A stretch of 64,000 nucleotides of DNA, from contig JAGAJM010000023.1 of the NCBI GenBank assembly GCA_017626055.1, positions 17,571 to 81,570 of the forward strand, in the 5' to 3' direction. A program made the position numbers and the translations under genes. Below the pieces are notes generated by a model. It searched no databases. It was not told the origin of the DNA and saw only the letters and a program-made list of their open reading frames with translations. This document shows, in pieces, positions 17,408-26,997 of this stretch (its first letter is position 1; every line of letters begins with the position of its first letter). This stretch comes from a bacterium (lineage in GTDB: Bacteria > Cyanobacteriota > Vampirovibrionia > Gastranaerophilales > Gastranaerophilaceae).

Positions 17408-19201
17408 ATGATGACCAAAGTAAGTTGCGTTGTGCCAATTTACAATGCTTTGGATGACGTAAAAATATTATTAAAATCTATTTTGGATAATTTTAACTTT
17501 GATTTAGGGGAAGTAATATTAATCAACGATTGTTCTTCTAAACCTGAAACCTCAGAGTTTCTACAAGATTACACAAAGCAACATCCTGAACTTAATTACT
17601 ATGAAAATGAACAAAATCTTGGGTTTGTCAAAACTTGTAACAGAGGGATGCAACTTGCAAGCAACGAAATCGTAGTTCTGTTAAACAGTGATACTATCAT
17701 CCCAAAAGAATTCTGTGAACGCATAATAAAATGTTTTAATTCTGATGAAAAAATTGGTATTGCATCGCCAATTAGTGCACATTCTCCAGCATATTTTATA
17801 CCTTTACCTAAAGGTATGACCATTGAAGAAATGAACCAAAAATTGCGTTCAAAACATAAATGTTCATACCCAGTAATCCCAAACGCAGAAGGATTTTGTT
17901 TTTGTATAAGAAAAGAAGTCATTGAAAAACAAGGTTATTTAGACACAGTTTGGGGAAAAGGATACCACGAAGAAGTTGATTTTGCTTATCGAGCTATCAC
18001 AAACGGCTGGAAGAATGTTTTAATTGATGATTTGTATGTTTTTCACAAAGCAGAAGCCTCATTTGGTAAGAACAACAGAAAACAACAAATTCAAAGAAAT
18101 AACGAAGAATTCAAAAAACGCTGGTGTGGATTTAGAGATAAATATAGCTTAGAAAACAATCTTGAAAACCCTATGCTTCAAATAGATAAAGAATTACACG
18201 TACTATTTCAAGATAGAGAACTTTTAAGAACTCCAGCTCAATACATTTTCTCAATAAAGAAAACTAAGACAAAAATGGAAAAAGTTTTGACTATTCTTGG
18301 TTTACAATTCAAATTAAAAAAAAACTTAAATAAACAATTCCGTTTTCTTGTACATTTACACCTTTATTATCACGAACAATTGGATTTTATGATTGAAAAA
18401 CTAAAAAACATCCAAGATTGCGATTGGGATTTGTACGTAACAATCAATGAAAATAACGAAGAAAGTTCTAAAAAAATTTTAGAATTTAAACCTGATGCAA
18501 AAATCATCCAAGTTGAAAACTTAGGTTTTGATGTATTACCATTCATTAAGGTTATAAGAAGTGTTAATATTGAAAATTATGATTATGTACTGAAAATTCA
18601 TACAAAAAACACCAGAAAAAATTGTAATATACAAGATTTTAGATACAATGGAAAACACTTAAAAGACACCTTCTGGAGAGATGAATTACTAAGCGCATTG
18701 ATAAACACAAAAAAACGTTTCTCAAAAAATATTGGAATACTTTCTCAAGATTCAAATATTGGAATGATAATTAACAAGACTTTCTTTATGAATTTAAGAG
18801 ATTATATTCCAGAAGAAACTTATTTATTAGATGAGCTTAAAACAAGATTAAACATAAATAGTTCATATAACAAATTTTTGGCAGGAACGATGTTTATCAT
18901 AAAAGCCGACATACTAAACAAAGTCATCAATTCTGACTTAAACGACAATGATTTTGTTATTGATAAAGAAATTTATAACACAGGTAGCAAAGGTACAACA
19001 GCACACGTAATCGAAAGAATTTTCACACTTCTAACAGATGAAATGGGTTATAAAATCTATGCAATACCTAATCTAAACATGGAAATTTATGGTTTTGGAA
19101 GAAGTTTAATCAAAAATATATTCTCCTTAAAAAACTCTGGAGATAAATCTCACAAAATCATCACTATACTTGGATTTAAGTTAAAAATCAAAAAGAAATA
19201 A
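17408..19201 (+). CDS. Bifunctional-looking glycosyltransferase: N-terminal GT2 domain, C-terminal rhamnan-synthesis-F (RgpF)-like domain
   Basis: VSCVVPIYNALDDV…ILINDCSS (GT2). The C-terminal FLVHLHLYYHEQLDFMIEKL region resembles RgpF family; this is from memory. Confidence 0.7.
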   Translation: MMTKVSCVVPIYNALDDVKILLKSILDNFNFDLGEVILINDCSSKPETSEFLQDYTKQHPELNYYENEQNLGFVKTCNRGMQLASNEIVVLLNSDTIIPKEFCERIIKCFNSDEKIGIASPISAHSPAYFIPLPKGMTIEEMNQKLRSKHKCSYPVIPNAEGFCFCIRKEVIEKQGYLDTVWGKGYHEEVDFAYRAITNGWKNVLIDDLYVFHKAEASFGKNNRKQQIQRNNEEFKKRWCGFRDKYSLENNLENPMLQIDKELHVLFQDRELLRTPAQYIFSIKKTKTKMEKVLTILGLQFKLKKNLNKQFRFLVHLHLYYHEQLDFMIEKLKNIQDCDWDLYVTINENNEESSKKILEFKPDAKIIQVENLGFDVLPFIKVIRSVNIENYDYVLKIHTKNTRKNCNIQDFRYNGKHLKDTFWRDELLSALINTKKRFSKNIGILSQDSNIGMIINKTFFMNLRDYIPEETYLLDELKTRLNINSSYNKFLAGTMFIIKADILNKVINSDLNDNDFVIDKEIYNTGSKGTTAHVIERIFTLLTDEMGYKIYAIPNLNMEIYGFGRSLIKNIFSLKNSGDKSHKIITILGFKLKIKKK

Positions 19202-19301
19202 AAATCTAAATAATTAAATAAAAGTTAAGTTACAATGACTTTCTGAAAAATAACGTTAAAATAAAAATACAAAGTTATTTGATGAATGGAGTTGATGTAT
19301 T

Positions 19302-21899
19302 ATGTTAGATTTTGACAAATTTACCAATTATTCACAAGAAATCCTTTCTAGTGCCAGTAATTTAATGGCTTCACACAAAAATTCTCAAATGGAGCCTGAA
19401 CACATTATGCTTGCAATGATAAAAGATAACGGAATAATTAAAGATTATCTAACGGAACTGAGACTACTAAATCAAAACTTTATCAATAAAATCGTATCAA
19501 AAGTAGAAAATTTTCCTAAAATATCAGGACCAATAAATCCTCAAGGGTTATATCTTTCAAATGATACAAGACGACTTTTAGAAATCGCAATTGAAGAATC
19601 GGAAAGAATAAAAGACGATTTTGTAGGAATTGAATCTATATTACTTGCAATGACAAAACTTGATAATAGTTATATCAAAACCTTATTACAAGATGTAAAT
19701 GTTAATTCAAATTCAGTTCTTGGTGTAATGAAAAAGATTAGAGGTAATAAAAGAGTGGACAACAAAAACGCTGAAGAAAATATGAAAGCCTTAGAAAAAT
19801 ATTCAACAGATTTAACAGATTTAGCTCGCAAAGGTAAATTAGACCCAGTTATTGGACGAGATGAAGAAGTTAGAAGAATTATACAAGTTTTAAACCGACG
19901 CACAAAAAATAACCCTGTCTTAATTGGGGAACCTGGGGTTGGTAAAACTGCTATTGTTGAAGGTTTGGCACAACGTATCATTAGAGGTGATGTTCCAGAA
20001 AGTCTAAAAGATGTTAAATTAATTTCTCTAGACTTAGGAGCATTAGTTGCTGGTGCTAAATTTAGAGGCGAATTTGAAGAACGATTAAAAGCTGTATTAA
20101 AAGAAGTTGAAGACTCAAATGGTGAAATCGTAATGTTTATTGACGAACTTCACACAGTAGTTGGAGCTGGCTCAACAGAAGGCTCAATGGATGCAGGTAA
20201 TTTACTAAAACCAATGCTTGCTCGTGGAGTTTTACGTACAATTGGAGCAACAACAATTAATGAATACCGAAAATATATTGAAAAAGACCCAGCTTTAGAA
20301 CGCCGTTTTCAACCTGTTTTGGTAGATGAACCATCCGTTGAAGATACAATTAGTATTTTGCGAGGTTTGAAAGAAAAATACGAAGTTCACCATGGCGTAA
20401 GAATTTTAGATAGTGCAATTATTGAAGCTGCAAAATTATCTGATAGATACATTACAGACAGATTTTTACCAGACAAAGCTATCGATTTAATTGATGAAGC
20501 GGCAAGTTCGCTTCGTATAGAAATCGATTCTATGCCTGAAGAAATTGACTCACTAATGCGTCAAAAAATGCAACTTGAAATCGAACGTGAAGCAATCAAA
20601 AAAGAAGAAACAGACGAAGCAAGAGCAAAAGTCGAAGATATTTCAAGACAAGTTGCGGTACTAGATAACAAAATCAACACTATGAAAACCCAATGGGAAC
20701 AAGAAAAAGCATCTATCACATCAGAAGCTGACATTAAAGATGAAATCAACAACGTAAAAAATAAAATCGAAGAAGCGGAAAGAAATACAGACCTTCAAAC
20801 TGCTGCAGAGTTAAAATACGGCAAACTATTAGAACTTGAAAAACAACTTAAAGCTTGCCAAAACAAAGAACAAGTTGAAAATAAATTCCTAAAAGAAGAA
20901 ATCACAGGTTCTGATATAGCTGAAGTTGTTTCAAAATGGACTGGAATCCCTGTTACAAAACTTGTAGAGTCAGAAAAACAAAAATTATTAAATATGGAAG
21001 AAATTTTACACAAACGACTTGTGGGACAAGAAGAAGCAGTTGATACAGTATCAGACGCTATTCGTAGAGCTCGTTCTGGTTTAAAAGATCCAAAACGTCC
21101 AATTGGAACATTCTTATTCCTTGGACCAACTGGTGTAGGTAAAACCGAACTTGCAAAATCTTTAGCTGAATTTATGTTCAACGACGAAGATGCCCTAATC
21201 AGAATTGATATGTCCGAATATATGGAAAAACACAACGTATCAAGACTTGTTGGCGCACCTCCAGGATATGTTGGATATGAAGAAGGTGGACAACTTACAG
21301 AAGCAGTTAGAAGAAAACCATATTCTGTTGTACTTTTTGATGAGATTGAAAAAGCACATCCAGACGTATTCAACATTATGCTACAAATCTTTGATGACGG
21401 ACGTTTGACAGATTCAAAAGGTCGTACAATTGACTTTAAAAACACTCTTATCATTATGACAAGTAATATCGGTTCAGACGTAATCTTAGAAAACACACTA
21501 AATGCTATGCTTTCACCTGAACAATTTAACGACACAAAAGATAAGGTTCTTGAAGTCTTAAGAGGACAATTCAAACCTGAATTTTTAAATAGAATCGATG
21601 AAACAATATTCTTTAAAGCATTGTCATTACAACAATTGAGCAGAATTGTGGATATCCAAATGAATTACTTGAGAAATTTACTAAAAGAACAAGAGTTAGA
21701 ATTCACTATCACAGATGATGCTAAAGAATTTCTTGCCACTCAAGGTTTCAACCCAGTATATGGTGCAAGACCACTAAAACGAGTAATCAGACAAATGGTA
21801 GAAAACCCATTATCTAAAGCGATTTTAGGTCAAAATTTTGCAAAAGGTGATGTAATAAAAATTGACCTTGATAACGATAAGCTTACTTTTAATAAATAA
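19302..21899 (+). CDS. clpB: Chaperone disaggregase ClpB
   Basis: 865 aa; two AAA modules ([13 protein letters not shown]; [12 protein letters not shown]) and a coiled-coil M-domain between them. Confidence 0.95.
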   Translation: MLDFDKFTNYSQEILSSASNLMASHKNSQMEPEHIMLAMIKDNGIIKDYLTELRLLNQNFINKIVSKVENFPKISGPINPQGLYLSNDTRRLLEIAIEESERIKDDFVGIESILLAMTKLDNSYIKTLLQDVNVNSNSVLGVMKKIRGNKRVDNKNAEENMKALEKYSTDLTDLARKGKLDPVIGRDEEVRRIIQVLNRRTKNNPVLIGEPGVGKTAIVEGLAQRIIRGDVPESLKDVKLISLDLGALVAGAKFRGEFEERLKAVLKEVEDSNGEIVMFIDELHTVVGAGSTEGSMDAGNLLKPMLARGVLRTIGATTINEYRKYIEKDPALERRFQPVLVDEPSVEDTISILRGLKEKYEVHHGVRILDSAIIEAAKLSDRYITDRFLPDKAIDLIDEAASSLRIEIDSMPEEIDSLMRQKMQLEIEREAIKKEETDEARAKVEDISRQVAVLDNKINTMKTQWEQEKASITSEADIKDEINNVKNKIEEAERNTDLQTAAELKYGKLLELEKQLKACQNKEQVENKFLKEEITGSDIAEVVSKWTGIPVTKLVESEKQKLLNMEEILHKRLVGQEEAVDTVSDAIRRARSGLKDPKRPIGTFLFLGPTGVGKTELAKSLAEFMFNDEDALIRIDMSEYMEKHNVSRLVGAPPGYVGYEEGGQLTEAVRRKPYSVVLFDEIEKAHPDVFNIMLQIFDDGRLTDSKGRTIDFKNTLIIMTSNIGSDVILENTLNAMLSPEQFNDTKDKVLEVLRGQFKPEFLNRIDETIFFKALSLQQLSRIVDIQMNYLRNLLKEQELEFTITDDAKEFLATQGFNPVYGARPLKRVIRQMVENPLSKAILGQNFAKGDVIKIDLDNDKLTFNK

Positions 21900-21913
21900 C
21901 TATACAACCGAAA

Positions 21914-21937
21914 GGGCAGGGTCCTATGACCCCGCCC
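21914..21937. terminator. GC-rich hairpin between convergent clpB and a small minus-strand ORF
   Basis: GGGCAGGGTC-CTAT-GACCCCGCCC, 10-bp stem with one mismatch; no strong U-tract. Confidence 0.45.
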
Positions 21938-21968
21938 AGCTTATATAAAATGTAATATTGCTAAGAAA

Positions 21969-22136
21969 TTATGCTAGTAATGCTTCAACGATTTTTGCGT
22001 TAGTTTCAGATCTTCTTACGTTTAGTAAGTATTTTTCAACTTGTGCTGAAATTTCTTCTTCTGTAACTGATGTATATTTAACGTCTAATGATTCTACATA
22101 AGATTTTACTGTTACCATTTCATATTTGTTTGTCAT
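21969..22136 (-). CDS. Possible 55-aa protein (below the ORF-track cutoff)
   Basis: My translation is MTNKYEMVTVKSYVESLDVKYTSVTEEEISAQVEKYLLNVRRSETNAKIVEALLA; SD AAGGGGA about 8 nt upstream of ATG at 22136. Confidence 0.45.
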   Translation of the reverse strand: MTNKYEMVTVKSYVESLDVKYTSVTEEEISAQVEKYLLNVRRSETNAKIVEALLA

Positions 22137-22340
22137 AATTTTATCCCCTTTTTATTATTTATTGTTTTTCCCTTACATTTATATAAAGTATTTTTGAATT
22201 TAATAATTGCGTAAATTGTCTATAAAAAGTATATAATTTTACATAAGTTTACATTTCAACAGTTAAAAAAATGAACCAGTTGCATTTTCTACTCGTTATA
22301 TACATGTAAGGAACGAAGAAAAAGAAAATGGAGGTACATT

Positions 22341-22595
22341 ATGAAAAAAATTATAGCTACCGCTTTATGTTTAACACTAGGCGCACCTTGCTTTGCTGCT
22401 GGACCTATGGGACCTCATCACTCTCCACGTCCTGTTGTTCATCACACAACATACGTAACTCATAATGTACCACCTCGACATAATATGCACAGAGGATACA
22501 GACATCATCACAGAATGTCACCAGGTGCAAGAACAGCAGTTACCGTGGCGGGAGTTGCAGGCTTAGCAATGGTAATTGCCGCAATCGCTGATTAA
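22341..22595 (+). CDS. 84-aa His/Pro/Arg-rich protein with signal peptide and C-terminal hydrophobic anchor
   Basis: MKKIIATALCLTLGAPCFAA signal; 13 His in the central segment (residues 21-60); C-terminal AVTVAGVAGLAMVIAAIA; SD GGAGG; locally higher GC than its surroundings. Confidence 0.6.
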   Translation: MKKIIATALCLTLGAPCFAAGPMGPHHSPRPVVHHTTYVTHNVPPRHNMHRGYRHHHRMSPGARTAVTVAGVAGLAMVIAAIAD

Positions 22596-22679
22596 AAATA
22601 ATACCTACTTAATCTTTTAACCTTAATACTATTCTTAATCTACACACCCCGAAAACTATTCCAAAACTCCATACAATGG

Positions 22680-22716
22680 AACCTCTCAGCTCTACCTGAG
22701 AGGTTTTCTTTTTATT
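22680..22716 (+). terminator. Intrinsic terminator of the His-rich ORF
   Basis: AACCTCTCAG-CTCTAC-CTGAGAGGTT followed by TTCTTTTTATT. Confidence 0.7.
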
Positions 22717-22791
22717 CTTTGTAACAAAAACTTAACAATAGAGTAAAAAAATTAAAGTTTTACAAAACAACTACCGATATATAATTTGTAA

Positions 22792-22872
22792 TCAAAACAA
22801 AACTAATTTTCCTCCTTTTCCCCTACTACTAACTAACCTACTTAAACGGAACCCACAAGGTTCCTTTTTTAT
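22792..22872 (+). ncRNA. Candidate ~80-nt C/U-rich, G-free RNA or leader, copy 1 (own promoter and terminator)
   Basis: -10 TATAAT at 22780-22785; G-free tract 22789-22847 containing UUUUCCUCCUUUUCCCC; terminator GGAACC-CACAA-GGTTCC + T6 at 22848-22870. The 81-nt core 22794-22874 is identical to 23477-23557. Confidence 0.4.
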
Positions 22873-22923
22873 TGACAAAAAATATTTTTAGAAGGTTTAT
22901 AATAAATGTTATAAGGAGAAATC

Positions 22924-23352
22924 ATGGAAACAGTAAAAATTGCCCCTATTAAAACAACAATTAAAAATAACGCAGTAGAGTTAAGACATAGCTTAGACAC
23001 AAAACAATGGCCTAGCGAAAATGTAACTGCAGTAGCATACAGAACGCATTTACAAGATAGCATAAATCACCCAACAACAACTCGTCTTGCTCGTCAAAAA
23101 TATATTGATAAGCCTTTCAAAGAATACGCTAACCAATACTGGAGAAATGAACAAATAGTTCTCAACAAAGACTCAGAAACCCAAAGGCTTTTAAAAGAAT
23201 TAAAAGGGAAAATGAATAAATTATACCCTACAACTCAAAAAGCTAGAGAATATATGGTAAAAACTGGTCGAGTTGACTTTGATACTGTTAAAAAAGCTAA
23301 AGGTTATAACTGGTTTGATAAATTAAGAATAGTTTTTACAAGAATAAAATAA
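22924..23352 (+). CDS. Hypothetical 142-aa protein
   Basis: SD AAGGAGA upstream; no domain recognised. Confidence 0.65.
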   Translation: METVKIAPIKTTIKNNAVELRHSLDTKQWPSENVTAVAYRTHLQDSINHPTTTRLARQKYIDKPFKEYANQYWRNEQIVLNKDSETQRLLKELKGKMNKLYPTTQKAREYMVKTGRVDFDTVKKAKGYNWFDKLRIVFTRIK

Positions 23353-23371
23353 ACAAACAAATAACACCAGA

Positions 23372-23400
23372 AAACGCCTCTTTAAAAGAGGCGTTTTTGT
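23372..23400 (+). terminator. Intrinsic terminator
   Basis: CGCCTCTT-TAA-AAGAGGCG followed by TTTTT. Confidence 0.7.
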
Positions 23401-23474
23401 TATGTAACAAAAACTTAACAATACACGCAAAAAATTAAAGTTATCAAAAAATGTGTCGATATATAACTTGTAAT

Positions 23475-23555
23475 TAAAACAAAACTAATTTTCCTCCTTT
23501 TCCCCTACTACTAACTAACCTACTTAAACGGAACCCACAAGGTTCCTTTTTTATT
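23475..23555 (+). ncRNA. Candidate ~80-nt C/U-rich, G-free RNA or leader, copy 2
   Basis: -10 TATAAC at 23463-23468; G-free tract 23472-23530; same terminator at 23531-23553; 81-nt identity with copy 1. Confidence 0.4.
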
Positions 23556-23606
23556 GCTAAAAATATGTGTTTCGTGTATTTTAGAAATAGAATTAGGGAT
23601 TCACAT

Positions 23607-24941
23607 ATGAAAATAACAAATGCCCCACGAAAACTACTAAGATGGTTCAAACGAGAAAATGTATGGGCTAGAGAATTAAATCAGTATTTGATAGCAAACC
23701 CACAAACAAACAGAAGAGTGGGTTCACTTCCGTATGAATGGATAAAAGACTTTGAACCAAGTCAAAGAGCAAGAGTTACACAAGAAATTTGTGATGTATT
23801 TGAACGCTTTGCAATCGAAACAAAAGACTTATGTGAAGACGATTTTTATACAACACGTATGACTGTTAAAAAGATACTTGGAATTAGTCCAGTATTTAAA
23901 GAATTACAAACAACACTTAGAAGAATACTACAAAGAAAAGATATCTTTGTAGGTTACCTGGGTCAAGGTGCTGTTAAAATGTCATCAAAAATAGATGTTG
24001 GTGGAAAAGGTTATGCTTTTTCTATATTTAAAGATAAGGGATGCAGAAAAGGCTTCAAAAGCTATTACACACCAGGACATGGAAGAGGCTATGAACCACA
24101 AAATATATTTATGTGCTATTACAAAGGTGCTCATGGTAGAAATGCTAGACCTTTTATGTCATTTATATCAAACGAAAATGTTCTCGGTGGATTCACTTTA
24201 ACAAAATACATTGACTACACACACCCTAAAAAAGGTCATAAAACCCCACTACAACGCTCAAGAGAATATATTTTCGATGGAGATTCACATAACCAAATCC
24301 ATGGTATAAGTATTGAGGCAGGTGGCAAAAGCGCTAATGAAAACTACATATTTGATAAACACGATAGAGAAATCTGGTATAGATTTGCCAATATAATATC
24401 TGGATACACTCAAGGTATGTTTTTCGTTAACGGAGTAGGTGGCATTACGACTCAAAATTTCTTATTAAAGCAAGCAAAAGCAGGTGTTGATATTTGTTCT
24501 AAACAATTCAAATCAAAATTAAGAGAAGAAATTACCAGATATTGTATCCAAGAGCATAAAAAAAGCGAAAATTTAACAGTAATTCAACAAACATTCTTAT
24601 CTTTGCTTGAAAAAACAAACTTCAACTCCAAAGGATACAATTATCTTATTAATGAAGTTGGAAAACATATTAAACCATCTAGTGTACTCAGCGGACATAA
24701 AAACTTTGGCGAACAGATTGACGATATACTAAGACGAACAAATAGAAAAGTTCATCGACAAATACGTTCTGTCGAAAAATTAAGAAAACTAAAAACTGAA
24801 CTTGAGCTTAGCGGGAATTGGGAAAGCATAAAAGCCTACCTCAACGCAGATTTTGCAAACTTAAAAGAAAGAAGTCATCAAAATTCAATGTATTATCCAA
24901 CATTATTGGAAAAAGAATTAGACATAGATTTAATCAACTAA
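23607..24941 (+). CDS. Hypothetical 444-aa protein (weak protein-kinase-like motifs)
   Basis: The track ORF starts at 23565; I prefer ATG 23607 (MKITNAP…). LGQGAV…YAFSIFK and FDGDSHNQ loosely resemble a kinase G-loop, Lys and catalytic loop. Confidence 0.65.
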   Translation: MKITNAPRKLLRWFKRENVWARELNQYLIANPQTNRRVGSLPYEWIKDFEPSQRARVTQEICDVFERFAIETKDLCEDDFYTTRMTVKKILGISPVFKELQTTLRRILQRKDIFVGYLGQGAVKMSSKIDVGGKGYAFSIFKDKGCRKGFKSYYTPGHGRGYEPQNIFMCYYKGAHGRNARPFMSFISNENVLGGFTLTKYIDYTHPKKGHKTPLQRSREYIFDGDSHNQIHGISIEAGGKSANENYIFDKHDREIWYRFANIISGYTQGMFFVNGVGGITTQNFLLKQAKAGVDICSKQFKSKLREEITRYCIQEHKKSENLTVIQQTFLSLLEKTNFNSKGYNYLINEVGKHIKPSSVLSGHKNFGEQIDDILRRTNRKVHRQIRSVEKLRKLKTELELSGNWESIKAYLNADFANLKERSHQNSMYYPTLLEKELDIDLIN

Positions 24942-24973
24942 AAAGGCTATCTATTTCATAGATAGCCTTTTTT
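24942..24973. terminator. Bidirectional intrinsic terminator
   Basis: 13-bp stem AAAGGCTATCTAT/ATAGATAGCCTTT, loop TTC, T-run; sits between convergent genes. Confidence 0.7.
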
Positions 24974-24991
24974 AATTCAATATACTAAATA

Positions 24992-25393
24992 TTATAAACC
25001 AGTTGCAGCTGCTCCTGCAGAACCAGCAGCATCAGCTCCAAGTGAACCACTTATAAATGATGCTACCAATGCTACAAATACACCCATATAAGCAATAGCC
25101 GCTAAAATTGACAATACTTGAAGTCCTACATAAGTCCAACCAAACCAGCCAACTCTTTCATAAAGTTCACTACCATCTTCGTGAGTAAAATTACCAGAAG
25201 CGAGCATAATACCATCAATAAATGACCAAACCCAAGTAACAGGAATCAAACCAATTGCTGACAAACCAAACATTGCCCAAGCTGTACCAATTTTACCTGT
25301 ATAAAATCTATGTCCACCAATAGGTCCAAAAAACCAGCAAAGTGACATTGCTGCCATCCAGTTTTTACCTTTTAATTCTTGTAATTCTGCCAT
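24992..25393 (-). CDS. TM2 domain protein (paralog 3 of 3)
   Basis: GGHRFYTGKIGTA…IDGIML…FTHEDGSEL. Confidence 0.8.
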   Translation of the reverse strand: MAELQELKGKNWMAAMSLCWFFGPIGGHRFYTGKIGTAWAMFGLSAIGLIPVTWVWSFIDGIMLASGNFTHEDGSELYERVGWFGWTYVGLQVLSILAAIAYMGVFVALVASFISGSLGADAAGSAGAAATGL

Positions 25394-25418
25394 ATAAAGC
25401 TCCTTTCACTATATAAAA

Positions 25419-25751
25419 TTAACCAGCAAACATTTTAACTAAACCTTGCAATCCCGCAAAAATAAAAGATAGAACTATAAAAAGACCAACAATCAATGCA
25501 CATCCTGCATTGTGTCCTTCTAGTTCTTTGCCATCAGCATCTCTATATGAATTCATAACAAGTGCAATATTATCAATTAATGTCCAAATACCACAACCAC
25601 CAGCTGTTAATAGTTGAATTACCCCAATAAAAACATAACCTGTATAAAAACGATGCACGCCCAAAAATCCTAAGAAAAAAGCAAGTAACAATGTTACAAC
25701 ATACGATCTTTGAGATTTTGGTGCTTGCCCCATATCATAATCCATACTCAT
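25419..25751 (-). CDS. TM2 domain protein (paralog 2 of 3)
   Basis: GVHRFYTGYVFIG…LIDNIAL…YRDADGKEL. Confidence 0.8.
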   Translation of the reverse strand: MSMDYDMGQAPKSQRSYVVTLLLAFFLGFLGVHRFYTGYVFIGVIQLLTAGGCGIWTLIDNIALVMNSYRDADGKELEGHNAGCALIVGLFIVLSFIFAGLQGLVKMFAG

Positions 25752-25763
25752 AAATTTATTCTC

Positions 25764-26105
25764 CTATATTATTCCATAAGCATCTAACAATACAAGTGTT
25801 AAAATAATAGCTATAACAATCGGTATTGTAATAGTAATAGTTACACACAAGTTATCATAATCTTGCAATTCATTTCCATTCGCATCTCGAAACTTGTTGG
25901 TCCAAAGTGAAACCAAATCAATCAAGAACCAAATACCATAGCCACCACCTGTTAAAAATTGAATTAAACCTATTAAAGTATAACCTGTATAAATCCTATG
26001 AATACCAAAAATACCAAGAAAAAAACATAATAATAAAGTTGTACCATGTGGTTTCTTCTCTTCTTCTGGACCGATTATATCGATATCTTCTTCAACTTCG
26101 TACAA
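25764..26105 (-). CDS. TM2 domain protein (paralog 1 of 3)
   Basis: GIHRIYTGYTLIG…LIDLVSL…FRDANGNEL. Confidence 0.8.
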   Translation of the reverse strand: MYEVEEDIDIIGPEEEKKPHGTTLLLCFFLGIFGIHRIYTGYTLIGLIQFLTGGGYGIWFLIDLVSLWTNKFRDANGNELQDYDNLCVTITITIPIVIAIILTLVLLDAYGII

Positions 26106-26172
26106 ATCAAATCTCCATATTTTTCTTAATTCTAATCAAAATTATCAGTGTATATTTATAGCACAAATACAA

Positions 26173-26610
26173 TTATTTACCAGTTGAACCAAAACCACCA
26201 GCACCACGAACAGTATCAGTTAGTTCTGTAACAACTTCTATTTTTGCCTGTTCATATTTTGCAATTACCATTTGAGCAATTCTTTCTTGTGGTTGAATTG
26301 TATATGCTTCATTTGAAACGTTTACAACCGCTACACAAACTTCACCACGATAATCTTCATCGATTGTACCAACACAGTTGATTAGAGTAATACCATGTTT
26401 AATTGACATACCAGAACGTGGACGAATTTGAGCTTCATAACCATGTTCTAATTCAATTTTCAAACCAGTTGGGATTAAAGTTCTTTCTAAAGGTTTTAAT
26501 GTTACAGGTTCAGAAATTGCAGCACACAAATCCATACCCGCAGCGCCTTCAGTCTTATATTCTGGTAAAACTTCATTATGTGGCAATCTTTCAATCTTTA
26601 AAATTGTCAT
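26173..26610 (-). CDS. dut: dUTP diphosphatase
   Basis: 145 aa; GAAGMDLCA, RPRSGMS, GTIDEDYRGEV, GGFGSTG. Confidence 0.95.
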   Translation of the reverse strand: MTILKIERLPHNEVLPEYKTEGAAGMDLCAAISEPVTLKPLERTLIPTGLKIELEHGYEAQIRPRSGMSIKHGITLINCVGTIDEDYRGEVCVAVVNVSNEAYTIQPQERIAQMVIAKYEQAKIEVVTELTDTVRGAGGFGSTGK

Positions 26611-26677
26611 TCTTAACTCTCCTTACTTACTAATAAACGTATAATATATTATTTTTTCAATTTTGTAAAATCATTAA

Positions 26678-26941
26678 TTAATATGATGGTCCAAAAGAAT
26701 CTTCAATATTTGCGTACGTAACATTTCTTCTTGGAACATAAACATCCGCCTCAGGAGTCCTTTCCAAAGGTTTTTTGAACGCTTGAAGTATAAAATCAAA
26801 GTGCTTATTAAAATCATCAATACTTGATTCTACAAATTCAGTAGCCTTTTGGGTAGGTTTTGCATTTTCTTTTGCCCATTGAGCAAAAGGCTTTCCAAAA
26901 AAGTATTTATCAATAGTATTTAAACCTGATTTATATGACAT
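26678..26941 (-). CDS. Hypothetical 87-aa protein
   Basis: SD AAGGAGAAGG upstream; no domain. Confidence 0.55.
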   Translation of the reverse strand: MSYKSGLNTIDKYFFGKPFAQWAKENAKPTQKATEFVESSIDDFNKHFDFILQAFKKPLERTPEADVYVPRRNVTYANIEDSFGPSY

Positions 26942-26967
26942 TTTCCTTCTCCTTTATCTGGTAATAA

Positions 26968-26989
26968 GCCCCGCAAAAAATTACGGGGC
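26968..26989 (-). terminator. GC hairpin just after alaS (weak terminator or processing site)
   Basis: GCCCCG-N10-CGGGGC; poor U-tract. Confidence 0.35.
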
Positions 26990-26997
26990 AATTATGA

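Noticed and set aside
22789-22847. Using the absence of G over 59 nt as stand-alone proof of function
   Set aside because: Comparable G-free, C-containing intergenic runs exist elsewhere (e.g. 35041-35113). The argument therefore rests on the 81-nt perfect identity plus the promoter/terminator architecture, not on G-depletion alone.
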